A DNA stretch of 63,736 nucleotides, counting the filler, from Chiloscyllium plagiosum (taxonomy: Eukaryota): NCBI RefSeq assembly GCF_004010195.1. It is 3 parts of one record of this genome, joined end to end, with 100 filler letters (N's around TTAATTAATTAA, not from the genome) between each part and the next. Parts side by side here need not be neighbours in the genome. Positions count along the whole stretch, not along the records: positions 46,844 to 63,736 come from NC_057712.1; 2 more parts are not named here. One strand, written 5' to 3'. Positions 62,164-63,736 of the stretch are shown piece after piece (position 1 is the first letter of the stretch; every line of letters begins with the position of its first letter). The notes under the pieces are model-generated. The model ran no database searches and was not told the DNA's origin. It saw nothing but the letters and a program-made list of their open reading frames with translations. A program made the position numbers and the translations under genes.

Positions 62164-63134
62164 TAATGTAGAACACTGGCTTTAGCGTGGCACACTGATA
62201 TCAGTGTGTGGAACACAGATATTTGTGGATGAATAACAAAAAGATGATGGATAGCTTGAAGCTTGGTCAACATGAGGAGTTGTAGGGAGGTTGTCATAGG
62301 GAGGGAGTCCAGAACTTGGGTCTTGAACATATTAAGGAGTGAAAACGATTGGGGGAAGTGCACCAGAGATCTCAGAGGACTGTAGGTGCTGGAGGAGGAA
62401 CAGAGGGGTGGGTCATGGAGAGATTTGTAAACAGTGCCAGATCAGGAACTCATACAGCTTAGTGAGGAGAGGGCTGACTCATAATGAAAGTGGACTTGGA
62501 CAGTGTTAGCATACAGGCAGCTGGGTTCAAGAGGAACTCAGTTTACACATGGTGGGAGCTTGGCTGGTCATTACAGCATTGGCACAGCCAGGTCTGGGCT
62601 GTGGGTTTCAGCAGCTAGGTGACTAGAGCCCAGCAGTGTGGCACAGGAATCTTTGTAATGGAGTAGCTGTTAGACTGGCAGCTGATCTGAACAATGTGAA
62701 CTAGTCCAGTCACAAGCTGTGTATTGTGGATGTGGTAAGAGGGAATCTGTATGAGTATGAATAAATGGATCTCCTTTATGAAAATCCTTTATTGGCATGT
62801 GTACTTCAGTACAGGAGTACAGTGAAAGGTTTTTATAATGTCTGCCTCTTATGGCACCATCTTAGGTACCAGTACCTATCTTGGATACAAAGAGAAATAA
62901 AAAGAAAAGTAGAAGCATTATTTACAATGTCAAAAAATAAGTTAGAAATAAGATTGTTATATCATAGTTAGAGGATTTACATTACAATCTGGTAGCGTTT
63001 CAAATAGCAGCAGCTCAGCAAGTGGTCTGACCACCTGTACTAGGCCCCAATCCAACAACTGACCCACTCCTCACCAAACCTCCAGGATACTCCGCACCGA
63101 CACTCAGCTGCACTGAGGGAGGTCACGCTGCTGC

Positions 63135-63665
63135 AGACCTATCGGAAGGGTGTTGTGAAACTTGAAAGGGTTCAGAAAAGATCTACAAGGACGTTGCCAG
63201 GGTTGCAGAGTTTGAGCTATAGGGTGAGGTTGAATAGGCTAAGGCTGTTTTCCCTGGAGTGTCAGAGGCTGAGGGGTGACCTTATAGAGGTTTATAAAAT
63301 CATGAGGGACGTGGATAGGGTAAATAGAGAAAGTCTCTTCCCTGGGTTGGAGGAGTCCAGAACTAGAGGGCAATGGTTTAGGGTGAGAGGGGAAAGATAT
63401 AAAAGAGACCTAAGGGGCAACGTTTTAATGCAGATGGTGGTACGTGTATGGAATGGGCTGCCAGAGGAAGTGGTGGAGGCTGGTACAATTACAACATTTA
63501 AAACCCACGTGGATACGTATACGAATAAGGAAAGATTTGGAGGGATATGATCTAGGTGCTGGCAGGTGGGACTAGATTATGTTAGGATATCTGGTTCGCA
63601 TGGGCGGGTTGGATCGAAGGGTTTGTTTCCATGCTGTACATCTGTATGATTCTATGACTATGACT
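63135..63665 (+). mobile_element. CR1 (HER1-like) 3' part
   Basis: KLERVQKR...RLRGDLIEVYKIM...VWNGLP motifs. Tail tatgattctatgactatgac. Confidence 0.9.
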
Positions 63666-63736
63666 CCCTTCCCCTCCCCCTGCCCCGGGACTCCCTTCCC
63701 CTCCCCCTGCCCCAGGACTCCCTTCCCCTCCCCCTG
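63662..63736. repeat. 27-bp C-rich tandem repeat running off the window end
   Basis: gactcccttcccctccccctgcccc(g/a)g, about 2.8 units. Confidence 0.9.

Overview
Vertebrate genomic DNA, almost certainly from a cartilaginous fish (shark). This is inferred from HE1-type V-SINEs, HER1/CR1 LINEs, Deu-domain SINEs and shark-type GPR139-like receptor relics. Most of the window is transposable elements and tandem repeats. The one clear functional gene is a minus-strand KCNQ (Kv7) potassium channel: exon 1 at 22614-22924, exon 2 at 19808-19898 and exon 3 at 17282-17408, with canonical splice sites and matching phases. Exons 2 and 3 do not appear in the ORF track. The protein mixes KCNQ4-like and KCNQ5-like residues and has an unusual ERPRSC motif. 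Upstream lie a 78-bp higher-order GA/CA minisatellite, a CpG-rich promoter region and a local duplication carrying two CTCF-like motifs. Also present: two GPR139-like pseudogenes; two Gmr1-type gypsy elements (integrase before RT), one sitting inside a 21-bp satellite; many CR1/L2/Rex1 LINE relics; and a Tigger-like MITE. The most striking repeat signal is a set of tiny Penelope-derived insertions with 11-16 bp target-site duplications. Several fold into long hairpins and carry a minimal hammerhead-ribozyme core (CUGANGA-stem II-GAAAC-GUC). Two 100-bp gaps containing TTAATTAATTAA are artificial scaffold linkers. Boundaries of decayed repeats are approximate, and all family assignments come from motif recall rather than database searches.
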